This document shows, one piece after another, positions 1-13,256 of a stretch of DNA of 64,000 nt (its first letter is position 1; each line of letters starts with the position of its first letter). The translations under genes were made by a program, and so were the position numbers. The stretch is from Felis catus (lineage: Eukaryota): positions 40,548,001 through 40,612,000 of the forward strand of contig NC_058381.1 of NCBI RefSeq assembly GCF_018350175.1, given 5' to 3'. Under the pieces are notes generated by a model that saw only the letters and a list, made by a program, of their open reading frames with translations, was not told the DNA's origin and searched no databases.

Positions 1-429
1 CCCCTTATCTTGACACAGGCCCAGCCCCCAGCAAAGCAGGAAGCCCCACTTCCTCTACAGGGACAAACCCAGGACAGCCCAGGGTCTGGCCCAGCACAAG
101 CCCGGAGGCAGCAGCAACTTTGACCCCTGCCTCCTCTCTCCCCCACCAGCCTCTTCCAGACATGGCCACTGCCCCTGGCCTTGGGGAGATAGCCCCCTCC
201 CCCAGGAACTAAAACCCAAGCCAGGGAGGTTTCAGAGGGCTGGAGGCTAGGACATGAGTCACCCCCTCCTGACCAACCTGCCCCCACCTTCACCACCCAC
301 ACATACCTTCCTGGGTCATTCAGAATTCTCCTCTCCCCAAACTCCCAAGCAGAGGGTCTCAAAGAGAGATCACAGATTCATCCCAGGGCTGTAGTGGGGC
401 AATACAGCAGGATGAGATCTGGGCTTGGA

Positions 430-790
430 ACCAGAGGATCCAAAGGCTAGTCTTGGCCCTGCTTGGGTCTCGCTATGCAACCTTGAGCAAGTTACTTAAC
501 TTCCCTGAGTTTCAATTTCCTCATCTGCTGAATAGGATAATGATACCTGCCTCTAGGGATAGTCATGAAGTGAGAACAGTTGATGAAAGTGCTTGGTGTC
601 TGTAAAGTCCTCCCTTACTTTTTTCGCCACCATTTATCAAGTACTTATTGGGTTGATTATTCCCATTTTGCAGAGATCACTGAGGCTCAGAGAGATGAAC
701 TGACTTGACCAACACCACACAGGTTAATGAGTGACAGAGCTGGGATTCAAACCCAGCTCAGTCCACGCCCAAATCACTGCGCTCAGAACC
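430..790. mobile_element. MIR remnants; similar MIR cores near 4100-4280, 16290-16440, 18110-18290, 23330-23580, 28560-28690, 34090-34300
   Basis: MIR core phrases such as CCTTGAGCAAGTTACTTAACTTCCCTGAGTTTCAATTTCCTCATCTG and ACTGAGGCTCAGAGAG. Confidence 0.6.
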
Positions 791-1033
791 ACCCTACTGT
801 GACATCTTCCCAACTGTCCATGGACAATCACACTGTCTCATTCTCAGGTGGATCCTCTCCGCAACCCCTCATCAGTCCCTGCCCCGGGAGGGAATCCTTC
901 CTACACACAGCCCCGAAGCCCAAACAGAGGTTCCAGAGGGCTGGAGATGGGGGCGGGGCTGGGGCTGGGTAGAGAAGGCTCCTGTCACCCAAGCTAGGGC
1001 TTGATCTAGCAAGAAATGACTAATGGGGGGGCG

Positions 1034-1238
1034 GGGGCGCCTGGGTGGCTCAGGGGGTTAAGCCTTGGACTTCGTCTCAGGTCATGATCTCACAGTTGGT
1101 GAGTTCAAGCCCCAACGTCAGGCTCTGTGCTGACAGCTCAGAGCCTGGAGCCTGCTTTGGATTCTGTCTCCCTCTCTCTATCTGCTACTTTCTCACTCAT
1201 CCTTTCTCTCTCTCTCAAAAATAAACATTAAAAAAAAA
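1034..1238 (+). mobile_element. CAN-SINE (SINEC) in JUP intron 1
   Basis: GGGGCGCCTGGGTGGCTCAG head, CT-rich linker, A tail. TSD AAATGACTAAT. Confidence 0.9.
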
Positions 1239-2549
1239 TGACTAATTGGGTCCTACCTTTTCCTCCCTCTACCTCCCATCCAGTGAATCACCAGTTTCCA
1301 CCAGGTACCCCTAGAGATACCTCCTCAGTATTATCTTTTCATCACAGCCACAAACCAGATTAGCTAAACTAATCATTTAACCGATGTAATTATAATGCCT
1401 GCCCCTCCTCCACTTTGGCCCACAGAAGAGGGAAAACAGGTTATTTTTGCCCAAATTCCATCTCCTTGTGGTTCCCCAGAGGTACACTACCCACTAGAGC
1501 AAAAGAATGGGTTCCCTCCTCCGCCTCCCCCTAACCCAGGGCATTCTATGGGGGCTGGTCTGACCCCTTCCCACTGCCCCAACTACAACCACCAGAGAGG
1601 TGGTAGGTCTTCCCAAAGGAGTTAGGCGAAGCAGCCCTGATTCCCCTCAATACTCCCTTCACCCCAGGACCAAGGGAGAGTCCGGCTTTTTGTATTTCCC
1701 CTCTGTTCCCCAGGAGGCTGGCATCCAAATCCCTACAAAAAGACCACACTTTAGATTTTTAAAAACCAGTACTGAAAGCCTGGTGATCTCCAGCTCTGCC
1801 CAGGTAAGGGGTTCTCAGGAAACCAGGGTGAGGGCCCGTGCTCATGTTGCTCTCCTGAAACCTCCCCCTGCCCCCATACCTTCCTCCTGTCCCACTTTCC
1901 CCACGCAGCTCTCTCAGGAAGGAATGGTTGGGGAACGGACTGCAAAAGCCTCCAGAAGGAATGCACCTTCAAAATCCAGAAATCAAATGGAAACCAAGCC
2001 CCAAGCTCCACACTCTTCCGCCTCAAAACCCAGCCAGCTATATAACGTGGGGGGATGGGGTAGAGGAAAAAAAGGCTAGAACAATCGCTCCCCCCACCCT
2101 CGTCAATTTGGCCCTGCCCCGCCCCACCCCCATTCCTGGGGAGGGGGGCAAAGCTGGGGAGAAAGCCACTGGCGCCGGCCTCAAGCGAGGGGGTGTGGTG
2201 GTCCCCGGAGACAGGAAGAGAAGGAAGAAGCTGCTTCCCCTTTGCCCCCCTCCCCCCACTGCCCCCTCGGGCCCCAGGGGCCCAGCAAACAGGATGGATG
2301 TGGGGGCAGGGAAAACAGGGTCAGAGCGCAGACACCAGCCCCGGTTCAGCTTGGCCAGCTGGGAGAGGAGGCCTTGCCCCAAGACGGACCCCCTAAGCCT
2401 GGGGAAAGCCCTGGAACAAGGAGGCAGGAAACCCCGCAGTGAAAGCTACCGTGAATACTTCCTCCTGGAAAGTTTGTTTGGGGTGATTTGTTTCGACAAT
2501 AAGAGGTTAGAGAAGAAGAGTAGTCCCGTTCCCCTATCGACACTCTGGA

Positions 2550-3800
2550 AGCAGCAGCTACTGGAAACTGGGCCAGTGAATTTTCCAGCCATGCACGACC
2601 CCTCCGCCCAGACCCCAGTCCGAGCCACGGGTGCCAGACACCAGCTGGGCGCGGAGCCGGGCCCCGCGCCAGTCCCGCTGTCATCGCATCCCACCTCCGC
2701 CGGCGCAGCCCTAACACGGCACCCACCGGGGCGGAGGGAGTCGCCGCAGGTACAGTACCGACGAGGCCCGGGAGCTGGAGGGCAGGGCCTCTGGACTCCG
2801 TGTGCTCACCTGCTCCGCAGGTGGGGCCCGCGTCGCTGGGAAAATGTGCGCTCGGCCCCCACAGTTGGGCAAGCCGGGCGCAGACAATAGGGCCCCACCC
2901 AGGCCTGGGGGAGTAGAGAGGGAGGGAAAGCGAGGATGACGCGTGAGGTGGGGTGAGAGTGGCCCCAAAGACACCAGCGGCAGCAAGTTTCCCGAACTGT
3001 GCATTCCTGACTACAGAGTGAGCCCTGGGACGCAGACGAGCAGGGCAAAGTCTCCCTCGCCAGCGTCGGGGCGAGAGTCGGGGACGCAGCGTCGGGCGAG
3101 CTCCACGGGCCCCAGGTCAGGCGCGACCCCACAGCCACCTGCGCTCATCCCTCCCGCCCTTCTCAGATCTCCAGCTCACGCAGCCCCCAGCGCAATCGGC
3201 CCGAACCTCGCGCCCCCTAAGTGGCCGCGCCCAAGGGTCCCAGCGCGCCCCCTGCCGCCGGTGCAGGGTGGCGCTCCCCGGCTCGCGCCCTCACCTGCCC
3301 CGTGACGGCGGGGATCGGCCTCTCGGCCGCTTGCCGCCCTTCCCTCGCCCCAGCGATCCCTGCCCCGATCGTCCGCACCTGCGTGTGGAGCCTGGCCGGG
3401 CTGGGTAGGGGTCGGGCCGGGCTGGGAGCCGGCGCGGGCAGCGAACTGAGCTCGGCGCGCTCGGGCGGCGGCTGCTCCGGACTCTGGCCAAGGCAGCAAC
3501 TCAGTAACCGAACAAAAGGCGAAGGGACCTGACAGCCAAGCCACGCCTCTCGCCCCCTCGAAGCTCCGCCCCTAAGGAAAACGCCCACCCGCTGATGAGG
3601 GTTCACTGGCTGCCTCCCCTGACTGTCCCATCGAGGGGCGGAGCCTCACGCCCCGTTCTCTTCCACCGCCGCCTCTGTTTATCCGCTGGCCATTGGCCCC
3701 AGGGACTGCTAGTCGGCTCTGGGGACGGCCTCCAACTTGAGGTTCCATCCTCACTCCGCACCTATTGGCAGACAGAACGTTACTTCCTCCTGATTGGACA
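2550..3800 (-). promoter_or_regulatory. JUP CpG-island promoter with three CCAAT boxes and GC boxes
   Basis: CpG-dense. ATTGG at 3692, 3764 and 3793 (CCAAT in JUP orientation). GC boxes GGGGCGGAG near 3635 and CTCCGCCC near 3564. Confidence 0.7.
3379..3490 (-). other. JUP: JUP (junction plakoglobin) non-coding first exon; coding exons lie left of the window
   Basis: The reverse complement GCCAGAGTCCGGAGCAGCCGCCGCCCGAGCGCGCCGAGCTCAGTTCGCTG matches the JUP 5' UTR as I recall it. Donor CAG|GTGCGG at 3379/3378. Second possible donor CAG|GTGAGG at 3295/3294. Synteny JUP-P3H4-FKBP10. TSS approximate. Confidence 0.85.
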
Positions 3801-4324
3801 AGGAATTGTCAGTAAGACTAAGGAAAGAACAAATGGGGAGGATGGGGTGTGTCTTGCCCCACCCTAGCTCTGAGCAGGTGAGACTCATTACTCTCCCCTT
3901 CCCCCTACCTGTCCAACAGGTGAGTCAGGAGGCGCCATGGGAAAGGACAGACGCCTTCACAGGGCAGCCAACTCAGCGTCAGGCATGATGCTTCTTTGGG
4001 CTTATTCACCCTTGCCACAGAGTGGTAATAACATATTTGTATGGCATTTCATAGGCTTTTTTTTTCTGGGTTGGGATTTTTTCCCCCCCCAAATATGGAG
4101 CGCTCATGAGATTTAGCATTAGGAGGCCTGGGTTTGGGTTCTGCCACTTAGTAGCTATATGATCGCAAGCGAGTTACCTTCATCTCTCATCCTGTTTCTC
4201 CTCATCTGTAAAATGGGTACATTATCTGGATCTCTCTCATGGGGGGGTGGGAATAAAATTAAGGTTTGTGAAATCACTTGGACGACTGCTAAACGTTAGA
4301 ATTTAATGATATGGGTTGTTGGGG

Positions 4325-4725
4325 TTTTTTTAGTTTATTTTTGAGAGAGAGAGAGAGAACCAGCGGGGAAGGGGCAGAGAGAGAGGGGGACAGAGGATCT
4401 GAAGCAGGCTCTTCGCTAACAGCAGAGAGCTGGATGCGGGGCTCGAACTCAGGAACCGTGAGACCATTACCTGAGCCGAAGTCGATGATCAACTGACTGA
4501 CCCACCCAGGTGCCCCTAATGATATGGTTTTTTTTTTTTTTAAGTTTGTTTATTTATTTTTAGAGAAAGAGTGAGTGGGGGGGGGGGGAGGCAGAGAGAG
4601 AGAGGGAGAGAGAATCCCAAGCAGGCTTCACCCTGACAGCAAGGAGCCGGACTCGGGGCTCGAATCCATGAACCTGAACCGTAAGATCATGACCTGAGCC
4701 AAAACCAAGAGTTGGGTGTTTTTAA
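4325..4725 (-). mobile_element. Two adjacent CAN-SINEs (4325-4516 full length, about 4528-4725 5'-truncated)
   Basis: Reverse SINEC consensus. TSD TAATGATATGG around the first copy. Confidence 0.85.
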
Positions 4726-6529
4726 ATTTTCATGACAATTCTGAAAAAAAAAAAAAATTTAGGACATCTAAATAAACCTCATTTCAAAGATAAGGAAAGT
4801 GAGGTTCAGAGAACTCAGGAAACAAGAAAGTGGCCAAGAACCCCATTCTTCTCATTTCAAGGCCCACCAAACACATGGTCTCCTGGTGAGATAATAGCAT
4901 AGACATAAAATGCAAAAGCAGCAGGGAGGGGTGGGGGGAAAGGCAAAAACAAATAATCTGGGCAGAGACAGAGAACAATGATTTGGAACAAAGCTAGAGA
5001 AAGTATGGTAGATTTGGAAAAACTCAGGCAGTAGACCTCACAGCCCCCTCCGTGGTAGAAGATTGTGGGCTGGGTATCAGAAAGAACTTCCCCACAGGAA
5101 GTTAGGAAGATGAGGGTCTTTCCTTTCTGTGGTTAATGAGATGAATGCCTGCCGGTGGATGTACAGCATGCTGAGTGTGCCATAGACATTCATTCATCAA
5201 CACTGAAGTCTTGAGCACCAACTGTATGCCAGGCACCGAATTAGACCCTGGTAACACAGAAAACCAAAACGATCCCAACCCTCAAAGGGCTCCCAGAGAG
5301 CTAAGTGGAAACAGGTCCCCTTAGCCACATGGAGTGTGTGGGAATTTGCAGGCCGGGGCGGGGGTGGGGGTGGGGGTGTTCAGGAAAAGGTCCTCCTTCA
5401 GACAAGTTCTCTAGCCCCAAAGTCAGCACCCAGGGTGGTCTGGGTCAAGGCACCCCAGCAGTATCCTTGACCACTTTCCCACCAAAGAAAGGAATGAAGG
5501 CCAAAACGGTCTCACTTCTGAGGCTGTGCCATCCAAGAAGCCTTCCTGGAGGAGGCCAGGGAGACCATCAACATCCTTAACCAGATACCATCCCACATGC
5601 CAGGGTCACTCCCCTTTGCTTAGTTTCCTTGACTCCCCCTCCTCTTGCTTTTCTAAGTGTCTTCCTCCCTACCTTACCCCTGCCCCACCTGCTCTCTCCC
5701 TCCCCTGCTCCAGCGAGGCAGTAGTGGCCAGCCCTCAGCTCAGAATAGAGCTCCCAACCTTAGGGATTCACTTCCTTCCTCTCCCACCTCTCCCCATCCC
5801 CTACCCACCTCCCCACACCCACCCCTGCACACAGACACAACACACACTCCCCAGACCCAAGCCTGGCTTAAGTCCTTTCTTCCCCCTTCAGCATACAGGC
5901 TGGGAGGACTGGTTGACTACAGAGGGGTGGAAGAGCCTGGTGGAATAGAGGGCCACAAATAGGGCTTCGGAATAAAGCCTCTGTGTGTGTGTGTGTGTGT
6001 ATTCCCAGAATGTTCCCTAATGTCAGCCTGGAACATGCTGCAACACGCTGGCCCCAAAGCTAAGCACTCAGGGTGGGACCGGGTGGAGGTAACACCCATA
6101 GCAGCAGGAAAGACTGGAATAAGAGCTGTGTCTCCTCCCAGATCAAGGGATTTTCTGCACATTTATTAAGCACCTACTGTGTGCCCACCAGGCACTGAGG
6201 AATCATCTGTAGGATACAGAAAAGAATCCAAAAATGATGTTTACTCCAATGAGCTGTCTGTCTAGGGGATTTGGTCTCAAGGGGGGAGGAGGAGCCAAGG
6301 GACAGGGATGAGAATCACTGCAACCACTGTCTCCTCAGTAGCTTGAACTTGAAGGAAAGGCCACAAGAACATCCTACCCAGTCCCCTGCCTCCAAGCCTT
6401 TAAAGGCAGGGACTTCTCTGACACATCTCCAGGAAGGGAGATTCTCCAGCCTCCCTTACATGAATACCCTTGTCTCCTTATTCTAAGCTCCTTCTTATGG
6501 CTAGCTTCACTTTGTATTCCTGAATTTTG

Positions 6530-6972
6530 TGTTTTTCTTTTAATTTTTTTTTAACGTTTATTTACTTTTGAGACAGAGAGAGACAGAGGATGAACGGGGG
6601 AGGGTCAGAGAGAGAGAGGGAGACACAGAATCCGAAGCAGGCTCCAGGCTCTGAGCTGTCAGCACAGAGCCCGACGCGGGGCTCGAACTCACGAGCCGTG
6701 AGATCATGACCTGAGCCAAAGTCGGACGCTTAACTGACTGAGCCACCCAGGCGCCCCTCTTTTAATTTTTTTTAATGTTTATTTATTTTTGAGAGAGAGA
6801 GGCAGAGCACGAGTGGGGGAGGGGTAGAGAGAGAGAGACACAGAATCCCAAGCAGGCTCCAGGCTCTGAGCTGTCAGCACAGAGCCTGACGCGGGGCTGG
6901 AACCCACAGACGGCCAGATCATGACCTGAGCTGAAGTTGGACGCTTAACCAACTGAGCCACCCAGGCGCCCC
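6530..6972 (-). mobile_element. Tandem CAN-SINE pair (6530-6757, 6758-6972)
   Basis: Two near-consensus copies. TATTC(C/T)TGAATTTT flanks the whole pair. Confidence 0.9.
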
Positions 6973-9197
6973 GACTTATTCTTGAATTTTAAACTCATTT
7001 CTCTTGCCCAGAGCTCAGTGGAAGCAGACTTCTTGAGCCGCTAAGAACACAAATGGTTAATTCAACCTTGCAGCTCCCTGGGTTCTCCAAGTAAAGAAGG
7101 AAGGGGCACCCAGTGACTCATCCCAAGTTTCCCCAGAGACAGAAGTTACTAGCAAAGAGGGGTCTGATGAGGGTCCAGTGTTGGGGCAAGGGAGCTGGTG
7201 GGGGATGGGAGGTGCTTCCCTGGGGGAAGGTAAAGAACAACAGCAAGGCCACCCTCCTCAGCTCGTCCTCCACAGACCTCGGGGGCTACAGAAGGAGGTA
7301 GAAGGGATGCCGTTGTCTTCTTAGCCCTGTCTCTGCGGGGGCTCCTTCCCCACACGGAGGCAGGCAGGGCCTTAGATCTGGACAGACAATCTTCTGTCCT
7401 CACACATCAGGGGTATGCATCGATGGACACAGATTCAGACACACAAACACCAGGCTTGTCAGTGCTGTCTCCTCAGCGTGCACACACATGCACTCACACA
7501 CATCCTTCTTCCCTCCTCTTCCGCCTACGGTGGTCTCAGGGATGGCCACCTCTATAAATGAGGATGGGGTCAACAGATGGGTAGCTAAGCTTCAGGTTGA
7601 TGATGTTGCCTTCCCACAGCAGGAAAGAAGCTGCTGGAAGTTATTCCTGGTGGGCCAGACTGGAATCAAAGGCAATGCAAAGAGCCAGCGGTATCTTGAG
7701 CCTGGGCCTTCTCTCAGCCTTGGGGCAGAGCCATCCACAGCCACAGGGAAGGCACCTCTGCCCTGGGTCCTGCCTCTGCTCTGGTCCTCCCAGGGATGCC
7801 CCCTGCCTCCGCCACAGAGGGGTTGGAGCCTACACGGCATTCGTCCCTCTCCCCTCTGAGACCACACTCTGGGCCAGAAAGGAATTCCCTACCCACAGCT
7901 GACCCTGCTTTGGGAGTCTGCACTTCTCTCATTCTGGCTCCTTCTCCCGACAATGGGCAGCAGGAGCATGCGTGTTATGTGCACACTTAGGCAAAGGGGT
8001 GACGGGGCAGTTACGGGGGAGGGATGGACACAGCACGGACTTGCAGCTGGGGAATCAACACACATGTGCTGGAAGCCCTTTGTAGCCTGCTGGGTGTGGG
8101 ATGGAAGGGCAGATGACCCAGGGGCTCAGGGCCAGGGGACCTTCTCCCCAGGCCGCTGCATTCCCATTCTGAGAAGGAGTCAGAACTCTCAATTCCATCC
8201 CGGCCTTTCAGATCATCGTGGGGCGATACTTGTCAAGGTACATCTTACTTAACAGTGTGGCAGCTTGGTCTGTAACTAATTGAGATCTCTGTATGTGGGC
8301 CTCCATTTGCCCTCCTGCCCCTGCCTGCTGGTGTTGGGGTGGGGGGACTTGCTCACTGTGATCGCTTCAGGGCTGGGGAGAGGACACTGGTGGCAAAAGA
8401 GCCTCTAGCTCCCAAGCTCTTCTGGCTGGAGGGGGCCCAGGCATCCTGAAAGCAAGAACACATAGAATGGTGCATGGCGCCTGGGGTGGGGGAAGTGATC
8501 GTGATCACGGGTTTTTTTTGTGCTGCCCTTTGTCCAGGGGAGGAGCCTGGAGGCCAGAGACTGCCTACCGCCTGGTCCTGAGGGTGTGTGCCCAGCCAGC
8601 CCAGGGGAGGGCTCTTAATTATAGAGGTAGCTCCCAAGACACTTCACTGGAAGGCGTGTGGGCGGGGATGGAATGTCAAAGGGAAAACAGGGAGACAAGA
8701 AAACAGAGATAGGGTGGCTAGAAATAGCCCAGGCCAGGGTGAGATACCAGGGGCTGGAGGTGGCGGTGGAGGGAGAGGAGGTGGAAGAGAGAGGGTCAGG
8801 ACCTCTCCAGGGAATGACTATATCCGGGCAGGTACCCCCTCACCTACACTAACCCCCCACCCTTCAACAATTTACAATTCCAGTATTTCAGGGACTCAAC
8901 AGGGTGGGCTCCAAGCATTGGGATTGTATTCTAGAGTTGTGTCTCCCTGGCTTTCTGAGTAACCCCTCCCCCTTCTGAGAGTTTGGTTCGGGGTGGGGGG
9001 AAGACCTTGCCACCTGAGTCACCCCTTTGCTGTTCTTTGTCTGGGCGACTCCTGGAACAGGCTGACACAGCTGAGGCCCCACCCGCCTGCCAGCCTGCCT
9101 GCCCCTCCCTCTCCCAACAAGCCAGGAGAGATGCTTGCCCTGACAGGCGCCCTTCCCACGGACAGGCCACCCCTCCCCTGGCACACACGTGTACAAG

Positions 9198-9205
<8 letters not shown>

Positions 9206-9246
<41 letters not shown>
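9206..9246. repeat. (CA)n microsatellite
   Basis: About 20 CA units preceded by GCACGCGCG. Confidence 0.95.
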
Positions 9247-9249
<3 letters not shown>

Positions 9250-10284
9250 GATGGCAGGAATTTCTCCCACACCTGTAGAGAGTCCTTGGGAAGAGGAAGG
9301 AGAAACAATCAGAGCCCCCTTCTTTGTATATATGGGGAAACTGAGGCTAGAGCCAGGAGAGGAACTTCCCCAAGTCACACAAGCAAATTCCTGGCAGGCC
9401 TGGGACTCGAACAAACCTGGTTTCCTGCCCACCAGCCCACCAATTTAGGTCTTTTCCATCCCAAACAAGGTGGGGTGCAGTGTGTGTGTGTGTGTTGGGA
9501 GGAGATGAAGACCAATTTTGTGGGAAGTCAGCTCAAAGTGGGACTTGAGGGGAAAAACTTGCAGATTCAAGAGCCAGGGCTGGGGGGTGGGGTGCGGTTA
9601 GTGGGGACTTGCTGACCCCAGGGGTCAAAATCAGTAACCTCTGCTCACTGGCGCTGAAGCCTCTGAGGGGGAGAGTGCCACCCAGAGGCACGGCTGAGGG
9701 CGGTGCTGAGACCTTTCCCCCACCTCCCTAGTCTCCCTGCCCCAGACTCCGGCAGGGTGGGAACTGGGGCCAGGGCTTGGAGGCCCCTGACCCTGTGCCG
9801 TAATGCTGTCTTCCCCAGTCCCATCCTGTGGCCACCGGGGAATTTGAGAGTTGAGATCTCTGAATATTTCATTAGCACTTCAGCCTCCCGTTGAAGACGC
9901 AGCCAACTTACAGCCCATGGATAATTTATGGCCCCAGAAGAGAGTCTGGAAGTGGTGAGAGGGAGGGGCGGGAGCGTGGGGGCGGGTGAGGCCTGGACTG
10001 CACTGTGCGGAGGGTGCCGGACAGAAGCCAGATCCATCCAAAGTGTGTGTGTGTTTGTGTGTGTGTGTGGGGGGGGGTTGCTCCGAGGCCAGGGACATTT
10101 CCATTTTTGAGGATTCTAATATATTACAAAAACAAAACAAAACAAAACCAACCACCATCACCAACCAGGTTTGTCAAAATAATTGTGCTAAAGGTTAAAG
10201 TCATACGACAAGCATTTTCTGACTTCATTCGTATCCCTGTGTCTCTGTAACTATGAGCATAATCTCATTTGGAGATACCAAAAC

Positions 10285-10855
10285 CTTTTTATTTTTTTTA
10301 AAGATTTTATTTTTAAGTAGTCTCTACACCCAATGTGGGGGCTCAAACTTACAACCCCAAGATAAAGAGTCACATGCTCTACCGACTGAGCCAGACAGGT
10401 GCACCTCAAAAGCTTTTAATGGGATGTCCTTCATGGCCACGAGGCCTCTAAAAGGCCCCCTGCTCTCCACACCACCACGGCCAGGGAGAGAGACCAGACT
10501 CACCACTAAGACTGGCTGACCCTTGCTCCTTCCCGGCTTCCTCCAGGAAGGCCACCAGGATTTGACCAAGTGGTCAAGGGAAAAGGAGGGCATCTCACGT
10601 GGCCACTCCTTACTTTGCTCCAGGAACATAGCATCCCATTCTTCTAAAAGAAAACATAAGGGGCGCCTGGGTAGCTCAGTGGTTAAGCCTCTGACTCTTG
10701 ATTTCCTTTCAGGTCATGATTTCCTGGTCCTGGTATCAAACCCTGTGCTGGAGCCTGCTTAAGAGTCTCCCTTTCCCTCCCCCTCTGCCCCTCCCTTGCT
10801 AGTGCACACACTCCCAAAAAATAAAAATAAAAATAGATATATAAATAAATAATAG
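10285..10855. mobile_element. Short carnivore SINE (-, 10285-10407) and CAN-SINE (+, 10660-10855)
   Basis: tRNA-derived heads and A tails. TSD CAAAA(C/G)CTTTT on the first. Confidence 0.8.
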
Positions 10856-11529
10856 GAAAGATGAAAAAGGTGACCCCAAATAGAAAATGTTAAGTTCTCT
10901 TGGACTTTGGGAGTGACTTACCTTAGTGAGTTCTTCCCAGATTCAGAGGATTAAGGTGGGGTGTGTCTGAAAAAGCAGGTATGTCCTCCCCCTTACCTCA
11001 GTTTCCCCACCTGAGTCATGGGTATGAGAGGCGCTCCCACCCCAAGGGCTGTTTAGGGGACAGAAGAGATGGTATCCAGGTGCCCTGGCGCCAAGTGGGA
11101 CCCAGGCAGGTGGTGGTTACAGGTGACGTGTCCACAGGTCGGCCCGGGGTTCGGGCCGGGGCTGGCTCTGGTGGGTAGCCTGGGGCCCCAACATATTCCC
11201 ACCTCATCCTCGAGCCATCTTGGGGCCAAGCCAGCCTTCTAGCCTCAGTGGGCCTCGGTTTCCCCATCCATGAAGGTAGGGCCATCTGCCAGGGCTGTCC
11301 TTGGAGAGGAGCTGCAAGACCTGGATGAAGAGCCCAGAATAGGGAAGCTGCAGGGAGGTGGGGGCGCTCGGGCCCCGCGGCTGCCGGGACTTCTGTCAGG
11401 TTACGCTGTTGGTACCAGGGCCAACTGGACATGGCCTTCCGCCACAGGGAGTCACTCTCTGTCCCCAGGGGGACCCTACTCTCCCAGAGAAAGGGGAACA
11501 CCAGGGTGAGACTTTAAGAGCTGATTCTC

Positions 11530-11753
11530 GGGGCACCTGGAGGGCTCGGTCAGTTAAGCATCCGACTTCAGCTCAGGTCATGATCTCCTGGTTCATGGGT
11601 TCAAGCCCCATATCGGGCTCTGTGCGGACAGCTCAGAGCCTGGAGCCTGCTTCGGATTCTGTCTCCCTCTCTCTGCCCCTCCCCTGCTCACGCTCTGTCT
11701 CTCTGCCTCTCAAAAACAAATAAAAGCATTTTTTTTAATTAAAAAAAAAAAAA
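11530..11753 (+). mobile_element. CAN-SINE
   Basis: Full head, linker and A tail. TSD AAGA(G/A)CTG. Confidence 0.9.
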
Positions 11754-13054
11754 AGAACTGTTTCTCAAACCTAAGGGGGGAATTTTTTCCATTGGAATTC
11801 ACTGGAATTTTGGAAGAGCCTTGGGACTTTCCCCCTGCATTGGCCGTGACTTCTCAGCATTCAAGACCCCCAAGAGTCTGTACCCGGGCTCCCTAACATG
11901 GGCCCAATTACCGGGAGCTGACAATGGTGGGGGAGGGGGCAGGCTCAGGAATCCAGGCTGGGACGCAGAACCTGACCGCCTGCTCTTCCTTCCCCCTCCC
12001 TCCCGGAAGCCCTCGCCTCCCTCCGTGGGCTGTAGCAATGTGGGGGCTTTGTCCACACATCTCGCCCCAAAGCCAACACCTTTCTCTTTCTCTGAGCAGC
12101 ACTGTTTGGGGGAGAACAGTTGCAAACCCAGCTCAGCCACCACTCAACTTAAGGAACCTTGGACAAGTTGCTTCTCATTCCTCAGCCTCACCTGTAGCAC
12201 AAGGGAATTGCTATCTATGTCACAAGACTGTTTTGAGTACCTGCCGAGTGCCCAGCACGTGGTGGGCACTTGCTACATCGTAGCAGTGATGCTCGCCTTA
12301 GGATGGGGTCTTTCCGGGTCTGGGCACCTCTGTGGCATCTGTCTGGCCCTACTGTGTGAGGTCATCATCCCCCGTGCCTTTTTGGCCTTCCCTAACCTTC
12401 TACCCATTATACTACAGATGCTATGACTGATGAGGTGCTGGGTGGGGTGGTGGGGGGTAGGGTAAGGAGGGAACAGGTGAGACAGATGTGGAGGAGGCAA
12501 GGGCATCCCCATGGGGTGGGGTTGGGAGAATGGGCTGGAGGGCCCACGCTGGGACTCGGTCTCACCGGTTTGGGGAGCTGGCCTGGCAATGGGGAGACGC
12601 TGGCATCAGGGAGAGGCGGGAGGGGCTGGTGGCTGCCCAGGAAAGGAGAGCTGAGTAAGGGACACGGGGCTACAGGGCCTGGGCAACAGCCTGGATGTGG
12701 GGGGAGCACCTAGGCAGGAGCTGGGGACATCCCCGTCACACCCGCACTCTGTCTCGCCACCACATGCTCAGAGAAGCCACTCGCAGACGCACACTTAGAC
12801 ACACACAACACATGTCTTGAATGGCCACCCCTCAGGTCTCCCCTTCCCTCCTACCCAGCTCTATTTTCCTGTCTTGATTTATCAGACTAGTCATGTAACT
12901 TATTTATTATAACACCTATTGCTTATTGCATAGCTCCCTGCTGGAACACAAGCTCCATGAAGGCAGGGTGCTTGGCCTGCTTGGCCCACTCTTGTATGCC
13001 CGGCAACCTACAGTGGGCTTAGCACATACTAGGTGCTCAATAAATATGTGCTGA

Positions 13055-13256
13055 GGGGCGCCTGGGTGGCTCAGTCGGTTGAGCGTCCAATTCCTGATTT
13101 CGGTTCAGGTCATGATCTCATGGTTTATGAGATCGAGCCCCGTGTTGGGCTCTGTGCTGACAGTGTGGAGTCTGCTTGGAATTCTCTCTCCTTCTCTCCA
13201 CCCCTACCCCACTTGTGCGTGCTCTCTCTCTCAAAATAAATAAACTGAAAGCAAAT
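13055..13256 (+). mobile_element. CAN-SINE inserted into an L2 3' end
   Basis: SINE head follows the L2 tail GTGCTCAATAAATATG. TSD AAA(T/C)ATGT(G/A)CTGAG. Confidence 0.85.

Noticed and set aside
1928-2890. 320-aa plus-strand ORF antisense to JUP intron 1
   Set aside because: Low-complexity Pro/Gly/Arg-rich product with no recognisable domain; expected by chance in GC-rich DNA.
6558-6961. Recurrent small ORFs like [17 protein letters not shown]...
   Set aside because: Translations of CAN-SINE heads, found at every copy.
8983-9615. 210-aa ORF containing HTHTHT, and its overlapping CVCVCV ORFs
   Set aside because: Translation of the (CA)n microsatellite.
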